Made by a program: the position numbers and the translations under genes. The notes below the pieces were generated by a model. It saw only the letters and a program-made list of their open reading frames with translations, had not been told where the DNA came from and did no database searches. Positions 51,939 through 63,206 of a DNA stretch of 64,000 nucleotides are shown here, in pieces; the first letter of the stretch is position 1, and the number at the start of each line of letters is the position of its first letter. This DNA is from Malacoraja senta (taxonomy: Eukaryota): assembly GCA_038087875.1 (NCBI GenBank), contig CM075993.1:10976001-11040000 (forward strand), read 5' to 3'.

Positions 51939-52055
51939 AACAGCTGTGATCATCCCTGGGAATATTCCACATCTGTCTGGGAGATTCCAGTAACTTACAA
52001 AAATGGTTGGGGTCAGGATGAACTGTGAGTCACAGATTTTGACGATTGCACATAA

Positions 52056-52371
52056 AGGGGCTGTCCCACTGTACAAGCTAATTTAAGAGTTCTCCCGAGT
52101 TTCCCCTGATTCAAACTCGGAGAATTACGGTAATAGCCGTTGTAGGTACTTGGGGCTTTCGTGGACATTTTTTAACATGTTGAAAAATCTTCACGAGTCT
52201 TCACGAGCTTACCGCATTTCCCGAGTACCTGCTGTTAGCGTTACAAGCCGCTAAGAGACGCTCCGAGCTCCGACGTACCCGCTATATACATTCTACGTGC
52301 TTACCATGAGTTTGATTTTTTTTTAAACTCGGGAGAGCTCTTAAATTACCTCGTACAGTGGGACAGCCCCT
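52056..52371. mobile_element. Non-autonomous PIF/Harbinger-like MITE (copy 2) with TAA TSD
   Basis: TAA|AGGGGCTGTCCCACTGTAC...GTACAGTGGGACAGCCCCT|TAA; interior is the reverse complement of 797-1113. Confidence 0.88.
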
Positions 52372-53213
52372 TAAGCCCTTTGAAGAGCAGAGGCAGAAAC
52401 AAGGAGCTGCTGATGCTGGTTTACAATAAAAAAGACACAAAGTGCTGGAGTAACTCAGCAGGTCAAGCAGCATCTCTGGAGAACATAGATAGGTGATGTT
52501 TTGGATTGAGACTCTTCTTCAGTCTGAAGAAGGTTGCCGACCTAAAACACTACAACCTCTAAATAAGCTCTGAACTACATAGACAGGGGGGATTGTTTTT
52601 GTCTTTGCATTATTATTGAAGGGTCTCAACCCTATTAATGTTCCCCAGAGAGGCTGCCTGACCTGCTGAGTTACTCCAGCACAGCCTGTCTTATTTTTAG
52701 AAACCAGCATTTATATACCACTATACCCATTTGTTATAAATGTATTTATATATTAACAAATCTCTCTCTCTCCCTCCCTCCCTCCATCCCTCCCTCCCTC
52801 CCTCCCTCCCTCCCTCCCTCCCTCCCTCTCTCTCTCTCTCTCTCTCTCCTCTCCTCTCTCTCTCTCTCTCCTCTCGATATATCGCTATAAGATAGACAGA
52901 AAATGCTGGAGTAACTCAGCGGGTCAGGCAGCATCTCTGGGGAGAAGGAATGGGTAATGTTTCGTGTTGCGACCTTTCTTCAGACATTGCGGATATCACG
53001 GGAAAGGGAAATGGGAGATATAGACAAAGATGTAAAGAGACAATGAATGAAAGATATGCAAAAAATAATGCTGATAAAGGAAACAGGCTAATGCTAGCTG
53101 TTTGTTGGGTGAGATCGAGAAGCTGGTGCGACTTGGGTGAGGGAGGGATGGAGAGAGAGAGAGAGAGGGAATGCCGGGGTTACTTGGTTGGAAAAATATT
53201 AATACCACGGAAA

Positions 53214-53344
<131 letters not shown>

Positions 53345-53624
53345 TTCCTGCTGTATATCTATTTATGACACTATTTGCTGTTCATTCGTGTTTTCAGAGT
53401 ACTATGTCTATGTATGTGTTGTGCAGCTGTAAGTAAGAATGCCACTGTTCCATTTTCAGACATGACAATAAAACACTCTTGACTCTCTTGACCCCTGACT
53501 TTGTGCCTTTCTCTGAAGCCCTTGGTTTGTTTTTAACGAGCAGGCAGCCAGCCGCGAGGCAGCTGGGCCTCCCTCACGCTGAGGCAGTCGCGGGGCCAAG
53601 AACCAGCTCTGAAACATTGGTGGA

Positions 53625-53830
53625 GGAAGGAAATGCAGATGCGGGTTTGAACCAAAGATAGACACAAAAAGCTGGAGTAACTCAGCGGGACAGGCAGCAT
53701 CTCTGGAGAGAAGGAATGGGTGACGTTTCGGGTCTGAAGAAGGGTCTCGATCCGAAATGTCACCCATTCCTTCTCTCCAGAGATGCTGCCTGTCCGGCTG
53801 AGTTACTCCAGCTTTTTGTGTCTATCTTCT
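53625..53830. mobile_element. Penelope-like fold-back pair
   Basis: AAGATAGACACAAAAAGCTGGAGTAACTCAGC...TTTCGG and reverse-complement arm CCGAAATGTCACC...GTGTCTATCTT. Confidence 0.75.
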
Positions 53831-54134
53831 GAAACATTGGGCAGGACGGGATGGGCGCTCTGTTTAATGGCTGATGAGTGTTGTTCGGCAGGGTCACACA
53901 TGAAACTCCCCCCCAGCCACCCCTGCCCTCTGAGCTCCCCCCGGCCTCTCTCGCCTTGTGCTCGGAATCAAAGGGAAGGAGATCGAGAACCTCATGTCCA
54001 GGTGTCGAGAGAACAACCTTTCTCTCAATCTCAGCAAGACAGGTGTTATTCCCAGTCCTTCTCCCCAGAGATGTTGCCTGTCCCGCTGAGCTACTCCAGC
54101 TTTTTGTGTCTATCTTCGGTTTAAACCAGCATAC

Positions 54135-54795
54135 CTGGGAGTCCACATCTCAGAGGATCTGACATGGACATCACACGCTGCAGCACTCGTGAGTAAGGCA
54201 AGGCAGCGCCTTTACCACCTCAGGCAATTGAGGAAATTCAGAGTGTCTCTGAGGATCCTCCAATGCTTCTATTCAGCGGCTGTGGAAAGCATCTTGTCCG
54301 GAAACATCACAATCTGGTTTGGGAACTGCTCTGCCCAGGACAAGAAGGTTCTGCAGAGAGCAGTGCGTTCGGCCGAATGCACTATGGGAACTACACTCGC
54401 CCCCCTGCAGGAACTATACATCAGAAGGTGCAGATCCAGAGCCAGCAACATTATGGGGGACCCCTTCCACCCCAGCAACGGACTGTTCCAGCTGCTACGG
54501 TCAGGCAAACGCCTCCGTTGCCATGCTGTGAAAACAGAGAGGATGAGAAGGAGTTTCTTCCCAGAGGCCATTAGGACGGTAAACCCCTATCTCACCAGGG
54601 ACTAACTTACTGAACCAATTTACTGTTGTGTAGTGTCTTTTTAACATTGCTGATTTTTCTTTTTCCCCCCCACAAATATGTAATTACTGATTCTGTTCCA
54701 TTCTGTTTTGTAGTTATTTTGCACAATCCGCGAGCATTGCCACTTTTCATTTCACTGCACATCTTGTATGTGTATGTGACGAATAAACTTGACTT
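54135..54795 (+). mobile_element. Rex1/Babar LINE 3' end (distinct subfamily)
   Basis: KARQRLYHLRQLRKF, FYSAAVESILSGNITIWFGN, LRSGKRLR, RRSFFPEAIR. Confidence 0.88.
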
Positions 54796-54814
54796 GGCAT
54801 CTGTAGTTCCTTCC

Positions 54815-55565
54815 TACACAAAGGAGTTAGTGATGGACTTCAGGAAGTCCATATCCCAGTTTGCATTGACGGTGCCGAAGTGGAGATGGTTGAAAGCTTC
54901 AAGTATCTGAGAGTAAATATTACCACCAACATGTCCTGGACCACCCATAATGAAGCAACGACCAAGAAAGCACCCCAACGCCTCGACTTCCTTAGAAGGC
55001 TTAGGAGGTTCGGCATGTCCCCTCTCATCAACTCTCACCAACTTCTACAGAAGCGCCGTAGAAAGCATTTTATCAGGATGCATCACAGCACGGTTTGGGA
55101 ACAGCTCCATCCAAGACCGCAAGAAATTGCAGAGAATTGTGGACGCAGCCCAGACCATCACACAAATCAACCACCCTTCCATTGACTCCATTTACACCTC
55201 ACGCTGCCTCGGCAAGGCAGTCTCACACTCCCTCTTCTCTCCTCTCCCATCGGGCAAAAGGTATAGAAGTGCGAAAATGCACGCCTCCAGATTCAGGGAC
55301 ATGTTTTTACGAGCTGTTATCAGGCAACTGAATCATCCTACCACAACTAGAGAGCAGTCCTGAGCTACCATCTACCACATTGGTGACCCTCGGACTATCC
55401 TTAATCGGACTTTATCTTGCACTAAACATGATTCCCTTTATCCTGTATCTGTACACTGTGGATGGCTCGATTGTAATCATGTATTGTCTCTCTGCTGACT
55501 GGTTAGCGTGTAACAAAAGCTTTTCGCTGAACCTCAGTACACGTAACAAGGGTAACTTAACCTAA
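54815..55565 (+). mobile_element. Rex1/Babar LINE 3' end
   Basis: TKELVMDFRK, FKYLRVNITTNMSW, NFYRSAVESILSGCITARFGN, 3' UTR. Confidence 0.88.
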
Positions 55566-55697
55566 ACTATTGGGTCTGGAGAAGGGTCTCGACCCGAAAT
55601 GTCCCCTATTCCTATTCTGCAGAGATGCTGTCTGACACGCTTGGTTACTCCAGCCTTTTGTGTTTATCTTCACATATACTCTCCCACATTGACTAAA

Positions 55698-56053
55698 GGA
55701 CGACAGATGGCGCAATGGGCTAAGTGTTCGGCTGGCAACCGGAAGGTAGCCGGTTCGAATCCCGCTTGGAGTGCATACTGTCGTTGTGTCCTTGGGCAAG
55801 ACACTTCACCCACCTTTGCCTGCGTGTGAATGTGTGTGAATGTGTGTGAATGTGTGTGAATGTGTGTGAGTCATTGGTGGTGGTCGGAGGGGCCGTAGGC
55901 GCAGATTAGCAGCCACGCTTCCGTCAGTCTGCCCCAGGGCAGCTGTGGCTACAGAAGTAGCTCACCACCACCGAGTGTGACTGAGGAGTGAATGAATAAT
56001 GCGATGTAAAGCGCCTTGAGTATTAGAAAGGCGCTATATAAATCCCATCCATT
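55698..56053 (+). mobile_element. tRNA-derived CORE-type SINE with L2-derived tail (AFC-like)
   Basis: A box TGGCGCAATGG, B box GGTTCGAATCC, CORE-like GTGTCCTTGGGCAAGACACTTCACC, (TGTGTGTGAA)n, tail TGTAAAGCGCCTTGAG...GAAAGGCGCTATATAAAT. Confidence 0.8.
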
Positions 56054-56169
56054 ACAGGTACAAATGAGCAGCAGGAAGTCTCTCTTTCCTTGAGCTTGCC
56101 CTCTCCCTCTTAGTCTCTCCATCTCTGGTGGCCAGTGTATTTCTATTGACTTATCTTTAGTTTAGTATC

Positions 56170-56428
56170 TTTAGTTTAGTTTAGAGATACAGCACGGAAT
56201 CAGGCCCTTCGGCCCACCGAGTTCCAGCGATCCCCGCACACTAGGAACAATTTACATTTACACCAAGCCAATTGACCTACAAACCTGTAGGTCTTTGGAG
56301 TGTGGGAGGAAACCGAAGATCTCGGAGAAAACCCACGCAGGTCACGGGGAGAACGTACAAACTCCGTACAGACAGCACCCGTAGTTGGGATCGAACCCGG
56401 GTCTCTGGCGCTGCAAGCGCTGTAAGGC
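56170..56428 (-). mobile_element. HE1-like V-SINE
   Basis: Reverse-complement SINE consensus. Confidence 0.82.
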
Positions 56429-56667
56429 ATGTGTTATCGTGCCGCCCGTTTTTTGTAAATCCCGGCGCAAAAGCAAGCTCGATACAAATGGTGTTGCCAC
56501 TTGGTCCTGTGTTTCCTGATACCCTGGCGCGGGGACTGTGGATGGTGTGAGGAGAATACATTTAGTCAAGGTGAGATTGTGATTTGTCACCTACCGGTTG
56601 TAGCGCTGGTGGAAGCAGAAGGTACCGACGCTACCCAAGGGACTGGGAGTGCGACTCAAGAGAGCAT

Positions 56668-56982
56668 GGGGTGGCACGGTGGCGCAGCGGTAGTGTTGCT
56701 CCCTTACAGCGCCAGAGACCCGGGTTCCATCCTGACTACGGCTGCTGTCTGTGTGGAGTTTGTACGTTCTCCCCGTGACCACGTGGGTTTACTCTGGGTG
56801 CTCCGGTTTCCTCCAACATCCCAAAGACGTGCAGGTTTGTAGGTTAATTGGCTTCGGTAAAATTGTAAATTGTCCCTAGTGGGTGGGGTGATCGCTGGTC
56901 GGCGCGGACTCAGTGGGGGTCGATGTGTGGACTCAGCCTGTTTCTACGCTGTATCTCTAAAGTCTAAAGTCTAAAGTCTAAA
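56668..56982 (+). mobile_element. HE1-like V-SINE, full length
   Basis: A box TGGCGCAGCGG, V core, (CTAAAGT)n tail. Confidence 0.85.
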
Positions 56983-57002
56983 GGCTATAGAATGATTTGC
57001 AG

Positions 57003-57398
57003 CAAAGATCCTATAGCGGTGCAAGATAGACCACTCCTGCTAAATGCAATGGGCTGACGTGTAGTACGCAACGGATCGGAACGTGGGCCTTTTCTTCATC
57101 CATTTCCATAACCCGACCCGACCCGACTCGCAGTGTAATCAACGTTGCGGGGGAACAGTTTGTGTTAATAAATTATAATTCTGAAAATGAGGAGAAGATT
57201 TTTACCAAATAACTTTTATTTTTACGAGGAAGTTTCCGTAATCGGCTTCCGTCTCCGCACTAGTATCCTATGGGATCTTTGGTGCGGAGACGGAAGCTGG
57301 TTACGGAAATGGGGCCTTAAATTACCCATGAATCTGCCCATGACCCGTACTACGTCTTTTTCGTCGAGTGGACTATCTTGCTCGCTATGGGATCTTTG
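57003..57398. mobile_element. Non-autonomous DNA transposon (P-like or hAT) with ~33-bp TIRs and 8-bp TSD ATTTGCAG
   Basis: ATTTGCAG|CAAAGATCCTATAGCGGTGCAAGATAGACCACTC...GAGTGGACTATCTTGCTCGCTATGGGATCTTTG|ATTTGCAG. Confidence 0.88.
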
Positions 57399-58072
57399 AT
57401 TTGCAGGGCCCTGCGGAAAGAGCAGGGATGGATGGGATTGCGGAACTGTGCATGGGGCATTGATTTGATGGGCTGAATGGCTTCATCCTGGGTTACAACA
57501 GCTTCATCATCCTCTTTCATCCATCCAGTTTCAAATTAACTGCAGCAGAGAAGTGTGGAGATGATATTGCTGAGCAGAGCTTTATATAAATCCTTCTGCT
57601 TTTGCCCAACACCGAGAGATAATACGTTTCAAATTGCAAAAGACACACAAAATACTAACTCGCCCAAGTTCAATACACACTTACGGATTATTTGGACTAT
57701 AAGACCCATGTAATTATACTCGGCCGGGCTGGATAAATTTGATCATTTAGGATTTGTACTGAGAGCTCCCCTCAATATCATTCAGGGATAAAGGGAATGA
57801 TTTGACCAGCCTGTCTAAGCTAACAGGCGTTTAAAGGTAAATGTAGCAACACAGTGTTCAAGGTATTGATCGGCAGCAGGGAAGGTTTTGTTTTATATAT
57901 CAAAAATAATTTATTGAATTACGATACAAAATAATATTTACAAATGAAAACCGTGGTCCCACCACCATGATACAAAATGACTAAATTATCTAAGACACTA
58001 AATTTTCAAATACCTATAATACCATCCTGTTGTTCCACTGAATGGCATAAGAAATGGCTAACACTGCCATAC

Positions 58073-58663
58073 ACACACTAGGGACAATTTTACATATATA
58101 CCAAACCAATTAACCTACAAACCCGCATATCTTTGGAGTGTGGGAGGAAACCGAAGATCTCGGGGAAAACCCACGCAGGTCACGGGGATAACGTACAAAC
58201 TCCGTACAGACAGCACCCGTAGTCGGGATCGAACCCGGGTCTCTGGTGCTGTAAGGCAGCAACCCCACCTGCTGTGCCACCGTGCCACCCTTAACAAGGG
58301 GGAATGGGGCACAGGGGGGCAGAGAAGACAAGGGGGGCATGATACCAGCAGCCTGTTGATGAAGCTAACAGGGCGGCACGGTGGCGTTGCAGTAGAGTTG
58401 CTGCCTTAACAACGCCAGAGACCCGGGTTCGATCCCGACTACGGGTGCTGTCTGTACGGAGCTTGTACGTTCTCCCTGTGACCAGTGTCGGTTTTCTCCA
58501 GGTGCTCTGGTTTCCTCCCACACTCCAAAAACTCCAATTTGCGGGTTTGAAGGTTACTTGGCTTCAGTAAAATTGTAAATTGTCCCTAGGATATGTGTGG
58601 ATAATGTTATTGTGCGGTGGTCGGCATTGGACCTGTTTCTGTGCTGTATCTCTAAAGTCTAAA
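58073..58663. mobile_element. Head-to-head pair of HE1-like V-SINEs (58073-58290 minus; 58371-58663 plus)
   Basis: Both copies match the SINE consensus in opposite orientations. Confidence 0.82.
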
Positions 58664-58944
58664 GGTTGAGTCAATGTTCCTTGGAAGCTGAGGAGAGGTA
58701 TACAGTATATGAAGAGAGATGAGCCTGATAGAGGTGTATACAATTATGAGAGGCATAGATAGGCTGGATAATAAGAAGCATCTAACCCTGGTAGAGAACA
58801 TAGATTTTAGCTGAGGAGATAGAGGTGTTTTGTGAATCTGGTGGAGTATAATATTCACCCAGAGGGTGCTGGCTGAGGGAGTGCTGGAGACAGCTGCCTC
58901 CCCTGTTCTAAGGAACATTGTGGAGCATTCGATCTCATAGGAGC

Positions 58945-59250
58945 ATGGGAACAGGCCCTTCGGCCCACCAAGTCCATGCCAACCCTCGATCACTCGTTCC
59001 ACATTCCCGGCCACTCCACACGCACTGACATCTGCAAAATTTACAAAACCTGTAAACACACTATTTACAGAGGGCCGATTAAGCTACAAAGCCGCACGTC
59101 TTGTGGGATGTGGGAGGAAACCGGGAGACCCGGAGGAAACCCACGAGGTCACGGGGTGAACCTGCAAACTCCACACAGACAGCACCCGAGTTCAGGGTCG
59201 AACCCGGGTCTCTGGTGCTGTGAGGCAGCAGCTCTACCCGCTGCCCCGCT
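58945..59250 (-). mobile_element. Diverged V-SINE
   Basis: Reverse-complement V core and head. Confidence 0.72.
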
Positions 59251-59584
59251 GTGATTGCCCGATAAACGCAGATACTCCAAACTGATCTGGAACGATGATT
59301 AGGATTAACGACAGCATTGAGGGAAAAGGGCAAGTCCTCCACTACCTTAGGCTTGGTATGTTGTTTCAACTTGTCCGAATGGCGTGCACACACTCAGCCG
59401 CACACTCACACTCAGCACTCCTTGCACACTCAGAGATCCATGCTCACAACAGTTCCTTGGATGAGAGGGTTGTCCCATCAAGTGAGGCTGGACAACCTGG
59501 GTCTATTGGAGATTCCTTGGAGTTTATAAGAATGAGCGGCAGCAGACAGTCAGGGTGGGCAGTAGGACATCAAGTAGGCAGTAG

Positions 59585-60380
59585 TTAGTTGAAAGTGTTT
59601 GTTTTGGAGGTCTTTAGTCTTTTTATGTGGGGGGTGGTGGGTGGGGTTAGGGGGAAACTTTTTTCTCAGTACCTACCTGGTCGGAGTTGTGGCTTTTCTC
59701 CGAGCCGTATCTTCGCCCCTTCCTCGCGGCCTACGGGCAGACTGGAGCGGCGTTTTCCTGCAGGACCGGCCAGGACTTCAGCTTTGGCGGCGGCACAGCG
59801 CTGAAGTACCATCGCGGAGTGGGCGATGCCTAACCCGGGTCGCCGTGCAGTAAGCTCCGGAGTGCTGTGACAGCCGGCACCAACATCGCGGAGCTGCGGT
59901 CAGCGGTCAGCGGTCAGCGGTCTGCGGTCTGCGGAGCTTCCAGCCGCGGGCGGCGCTGAGCTTGGAACACCGCGGAGCCTGGGATCTCATGACGAGGTCG
60001 CCAGAGTCGGAGCATCGACCAGCGCGGCTCGTGGACTTCGGGAGCCGCGGTCTACTGGGAGAAGGCGGCCGCTCCAGACACTCCGGGCCGCTGAGAGTGT
60101 TCACCCGACGCCGGAGCTTCATCATCCGGCGAGAGGGCCTGAAACATCGGGCTGCCATAGCGGCGACTGCAGAGGCCTCAATAGGCCCCGACTATGGGTG
60201 AACTGGGGATGGGACTGGACTTTGCTGCCTTCCCCCACAGTGGGAACCATTGTGGGGGGATGTTTTTATGTTTATTGTTAAATTCTTTGATGTTATCTTT
60301 ATTCATGTGCTGCATGGCAAGTCAAATTTCACTGCACCAATTGGTGTATGTGACAATAAATGTCTATCTATCTATCTATC
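59585..60380 (+). mobile_element. GC-rich non-autonomous retroelement with Rex1-like tail and (CTAT)n end
   Basis: CpG-rich body; 3' end AATTTCACTGCAC...GTATGTGACAATAAA resembles the Rex1 tail at 54750-54790. Confidence 0.5.
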
Positions 60381-60381
60381 T

Positions 60382-61437
60382 AAATACCATAGCCGTGAGC
60401 ACTGGCTCGCCCCAAGGCTGTGTCCTAAGCCCCCTGCTGTTTAGTCTGCTAACACACGACTGTACTGCTAGACTCAACAACAACTTCATCAACAAGTTCG
60501 CTGATGACACAACAGTGGTGGGTCTCATCAGTGACAATGATGAGTCGGCGTACAGGATGGAGGTGGAGCTGCTCACAGGATGGTGCAAATCCCACAACCT
60601 CATTCTCAACATGGGAAAAACGAAGGAGATGGTGGTTGACTTCAGGAGGGCGGGAAAACAACACCATACACCTCTGCACATCGATGGAGCTGATGTGGAA
60701 AGGGTCAACAGCGTGAAGTTCCTAGGACTCCACCTGTCAGATGACCTGACGTCCACGACCAACACCACAGCACTGGTCAAGAGAGCCCAGCAGCGACTAC
60801 ACCCTCTCCGAAGACTACGTAAAGCAGGTCTCCCCACTACACACCTACGAACTTTTTATAGGGGGACAATCGAGAGCACATTAACCTACGGCATCACTTC
60901 CTGGTTCGGGAGCTGCAAGGCGTACGAACGGCACCAACTAGACAGGATTGTGAAGACCGCCAGCAGGATTATTGGTGCTCCACTCCCTTTCCTGCTGGAC
61001 ATATACAGGAAGAGATGTATCAGCAGAGCCATCTCCATCATCAAAGACCCCTACCACCCATCCCATCACATATTCTCCATCCTGCCATCTGGGAAGAGGT
61101 ACCGGAGCATTAGGTGCAAAACCAGCAGGATGCTCCTCAGCTTCTTCCCGCAGGTTATAAGACCGATAAACGGACTTTGTCCCCTGCCAAAGTATCGTGC
61201 ACCAACCACCAACCTGGACACACTGCAGCAGAGCCACTGTCGTGCCGCTGCCGATCGGAACGCCTGTTGATGTTTAGTAGAGTAGAGTGTTCATTTGTTC
61301 ATGATATATGTATTTTTACTTCTATTTATTTTTTACTGCACACTGAAATGGACACTGGTTGAGGAACGTTTTTTTGTTTCCTCTGGGTAGGCGAATACTC
61401 AGGAAATAACAATAAAGATATACAATACCATACAATA
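60382..61437 (+). mobile_element. Rex1/Babar LINE, 5'-truncated, with an uninterrupted RT/C-terminal frame to 61270
   Basis: [67 protein letters not shown]; (ATACA)n tail. Confidence 0.92.
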
Positions 61438-61499
61438 CAATTATATGAATATATAGGATCCTAAGGGGGTCTCTTAACATAGATGTTGTGATGTTTTCA

Positions 61500-62122
61500 C
61501 TAAGTAAGTAAGTAAGTAAGTAAGTAAGTTTATTGGCTAAGTATTCACATACAAGGAATTTGCCTTGGTGCTCCGCCCACAAGTAACAACATGACATACA
61601 GTGACAGTTACGAATGACTCAGAAAACACTAAACATTAATAATAATAAAACATTAATGATAAAACACCATTGATCAAGCATGTGAACCAACAAAATACCA
61701 GATCAAAGGGAGGCTACAGATTTTTGGCTGTTGAATAGAGCAACTAGTCGTGGATAAAAACTGTTTTTATGTCTGGCTGTGGCAGCTTTGACAATCCGGA
61801 GTCGCCTTCCAGAGGGAAGTGATTCAAAGAGTTTGTGGCCAGGGTGAGAGGGGTCAGAGATGATCTTACCCGCTCGCTTCCTGGCCCTTGCAGTGTACAG
61901 TTCGTCAATGGAGGGAAGGTTGCAGCCAATAACCTTCTCTGCTGATCGGACGATTCGCTGCAGCCTCCAGGTGTCGTGCTTGGTGGCTGAGCCAAACCAG
62001 ACCATGATGGAGAAGGTGAGAACAGACTCTACGATGGCCGTGTAGAATTGGACCATCATTGCCTGTGACAGATTGTGCTTCCTCAGCTGCCGTAGGAAGT
62101 ACATCCTCTGTTGTGCCTTTTG
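61500..62122 (-). mobile_element. Rex1/Babar LINE 3' end with (CTTA)n tail
   Basis: MYFLRQLRKHNL, FYTAIVESVLTFSIMVWFGS, LPSGRRLR, HKNSFYP. Confidence 0.88.
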
Positions 62123-62280
62123 GAAGTGGGAGAGTCACAAAGAAGGGGCCATAACTGCAACATAAGGGCCTGGTCATTAAAAGCAGAGGTTCGGAGAAAA
62201 TTTGTCTGTCAATGGACAGTGTATCTCTGGGGTTGTCTGAGTCCAAAGGTGGTAGAAGTTGAGGCTAGCATAGATCAGCT

Positions 62281-62543
62281 GGTGGCACGGTGGCACAGTG
62301 GTGGAGTTGCTGCCTCACAGCGCCAGAAACCCGGTTTCGATCGGAGTTTGTACGTTCTCCCCGTGACCGCGTGGGTTTTCTCTGAGTGCTCCGGTTTCCT
62401 GCAGGGAGATAGGCTTTTGTGAAAATTGTAAATTGTCCCTAATGTGTAGGATAGTACTCATGTACGGGGATCGCTGGTCGGCATGGACTCGGTGGACCGA
62501 AGGGCCTGTGTGCTTGCTGTATCTCTGAAGTCTAAAGTCTAAA
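62281..62543 (+). mobile_element. HE1-like V-SINE
   Basis: Head TGGCACAGTGG, V core, (CTAAAGT)n tail. Confidence 0.8.
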
Positions 62544-62997
62544 ATCAGCTATAATTATATTGATGGTGGGGCAGGTTTGTGGGGCCGAGTGGTCTACTCC
62601 TGCTTCTATTTCCTTGTCTTCTTGTGAAGATCAATCTTCAAAACTTTCCGAAGAAGGACCTCAACCAAAAAAATCCATATCCTCCAGAGATGTTGCCTGG
62701 CCCTATCAGTTACTCCAGCACTGTGTTCTTCTAAAAGCACTTGATAGATTTGCCAAACAGGACTTAATTTTCATAAAACCATGTTTACTCAGCCAGATTT
62801 TCTAAATGCCTTATTATGCCTTAATGGACGGAGTCCAGCATTTTGCAGATGTCAGGCTAATTCCTCTGTGTTAGGTCTGCTGTCTCCCTGCACCACTTCA
62901 CCCAGAGGCCTGGGATACAGACAATCAGGACTGGAATGGTCTTGTTTGAACCCTGTAATTTCTCTTGTAAAGAATAATAATGAACTTCATATAGCCT

Positions 62998-63070
62998 GCC
63001 GAAATAGCTCAGTTGGGAGAGCGTTAGACTGAAGATCTAAAGGTCCCTGGTTCAATCCCGGGTTTCGGCA
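62998..63070 (+). tRNA. tRNA-Phe-GAA: tRNA-Phe (GAA)
   Basis: GCCGAAATAGCTCAGTTGGGAGAGCGTTAGACTGAAGATCTAAAGGTCCCTGGTTCAATCCCGGGTTTCGGCA: canonical 73-nt vertebrate tRNA-Phe, acceptor stem GCCGAAA/TTTCGGC, no encoded CCA. Confidence 0.97.
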
Positions 63071-63090
63071 TTGGTGGGGGAAATCATGTA

Positions 63091-63094
63091 TTTT
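63091..63094 (+). terminator. Candidate Pol III terminator (T4)
   Basis: First TTTT run, 20 nt downstream of the tRNA. Confidence 0.55.
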
Positions 63095-63184
63095 ACAACC
63101 ACATGTGTTTTCAAATACATTTTGGACTGGAGCATGGATAGGAAAAGATTACAGGGATATGGGCCAAACGCAGACAGATGGGAC

Positions 63185-63206
63185 CAAAGATGGTAGTAGG
63201 TCTTTG
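63185..63206. mobile_element. 22-bp DNA-transposon remnant (putative footprint) in a CR1 tail
   Basis: GATGGGAC-CAAAGATGGTAGTAGGTCTTTG-GGTGGGAC. Confidence 0.65.
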
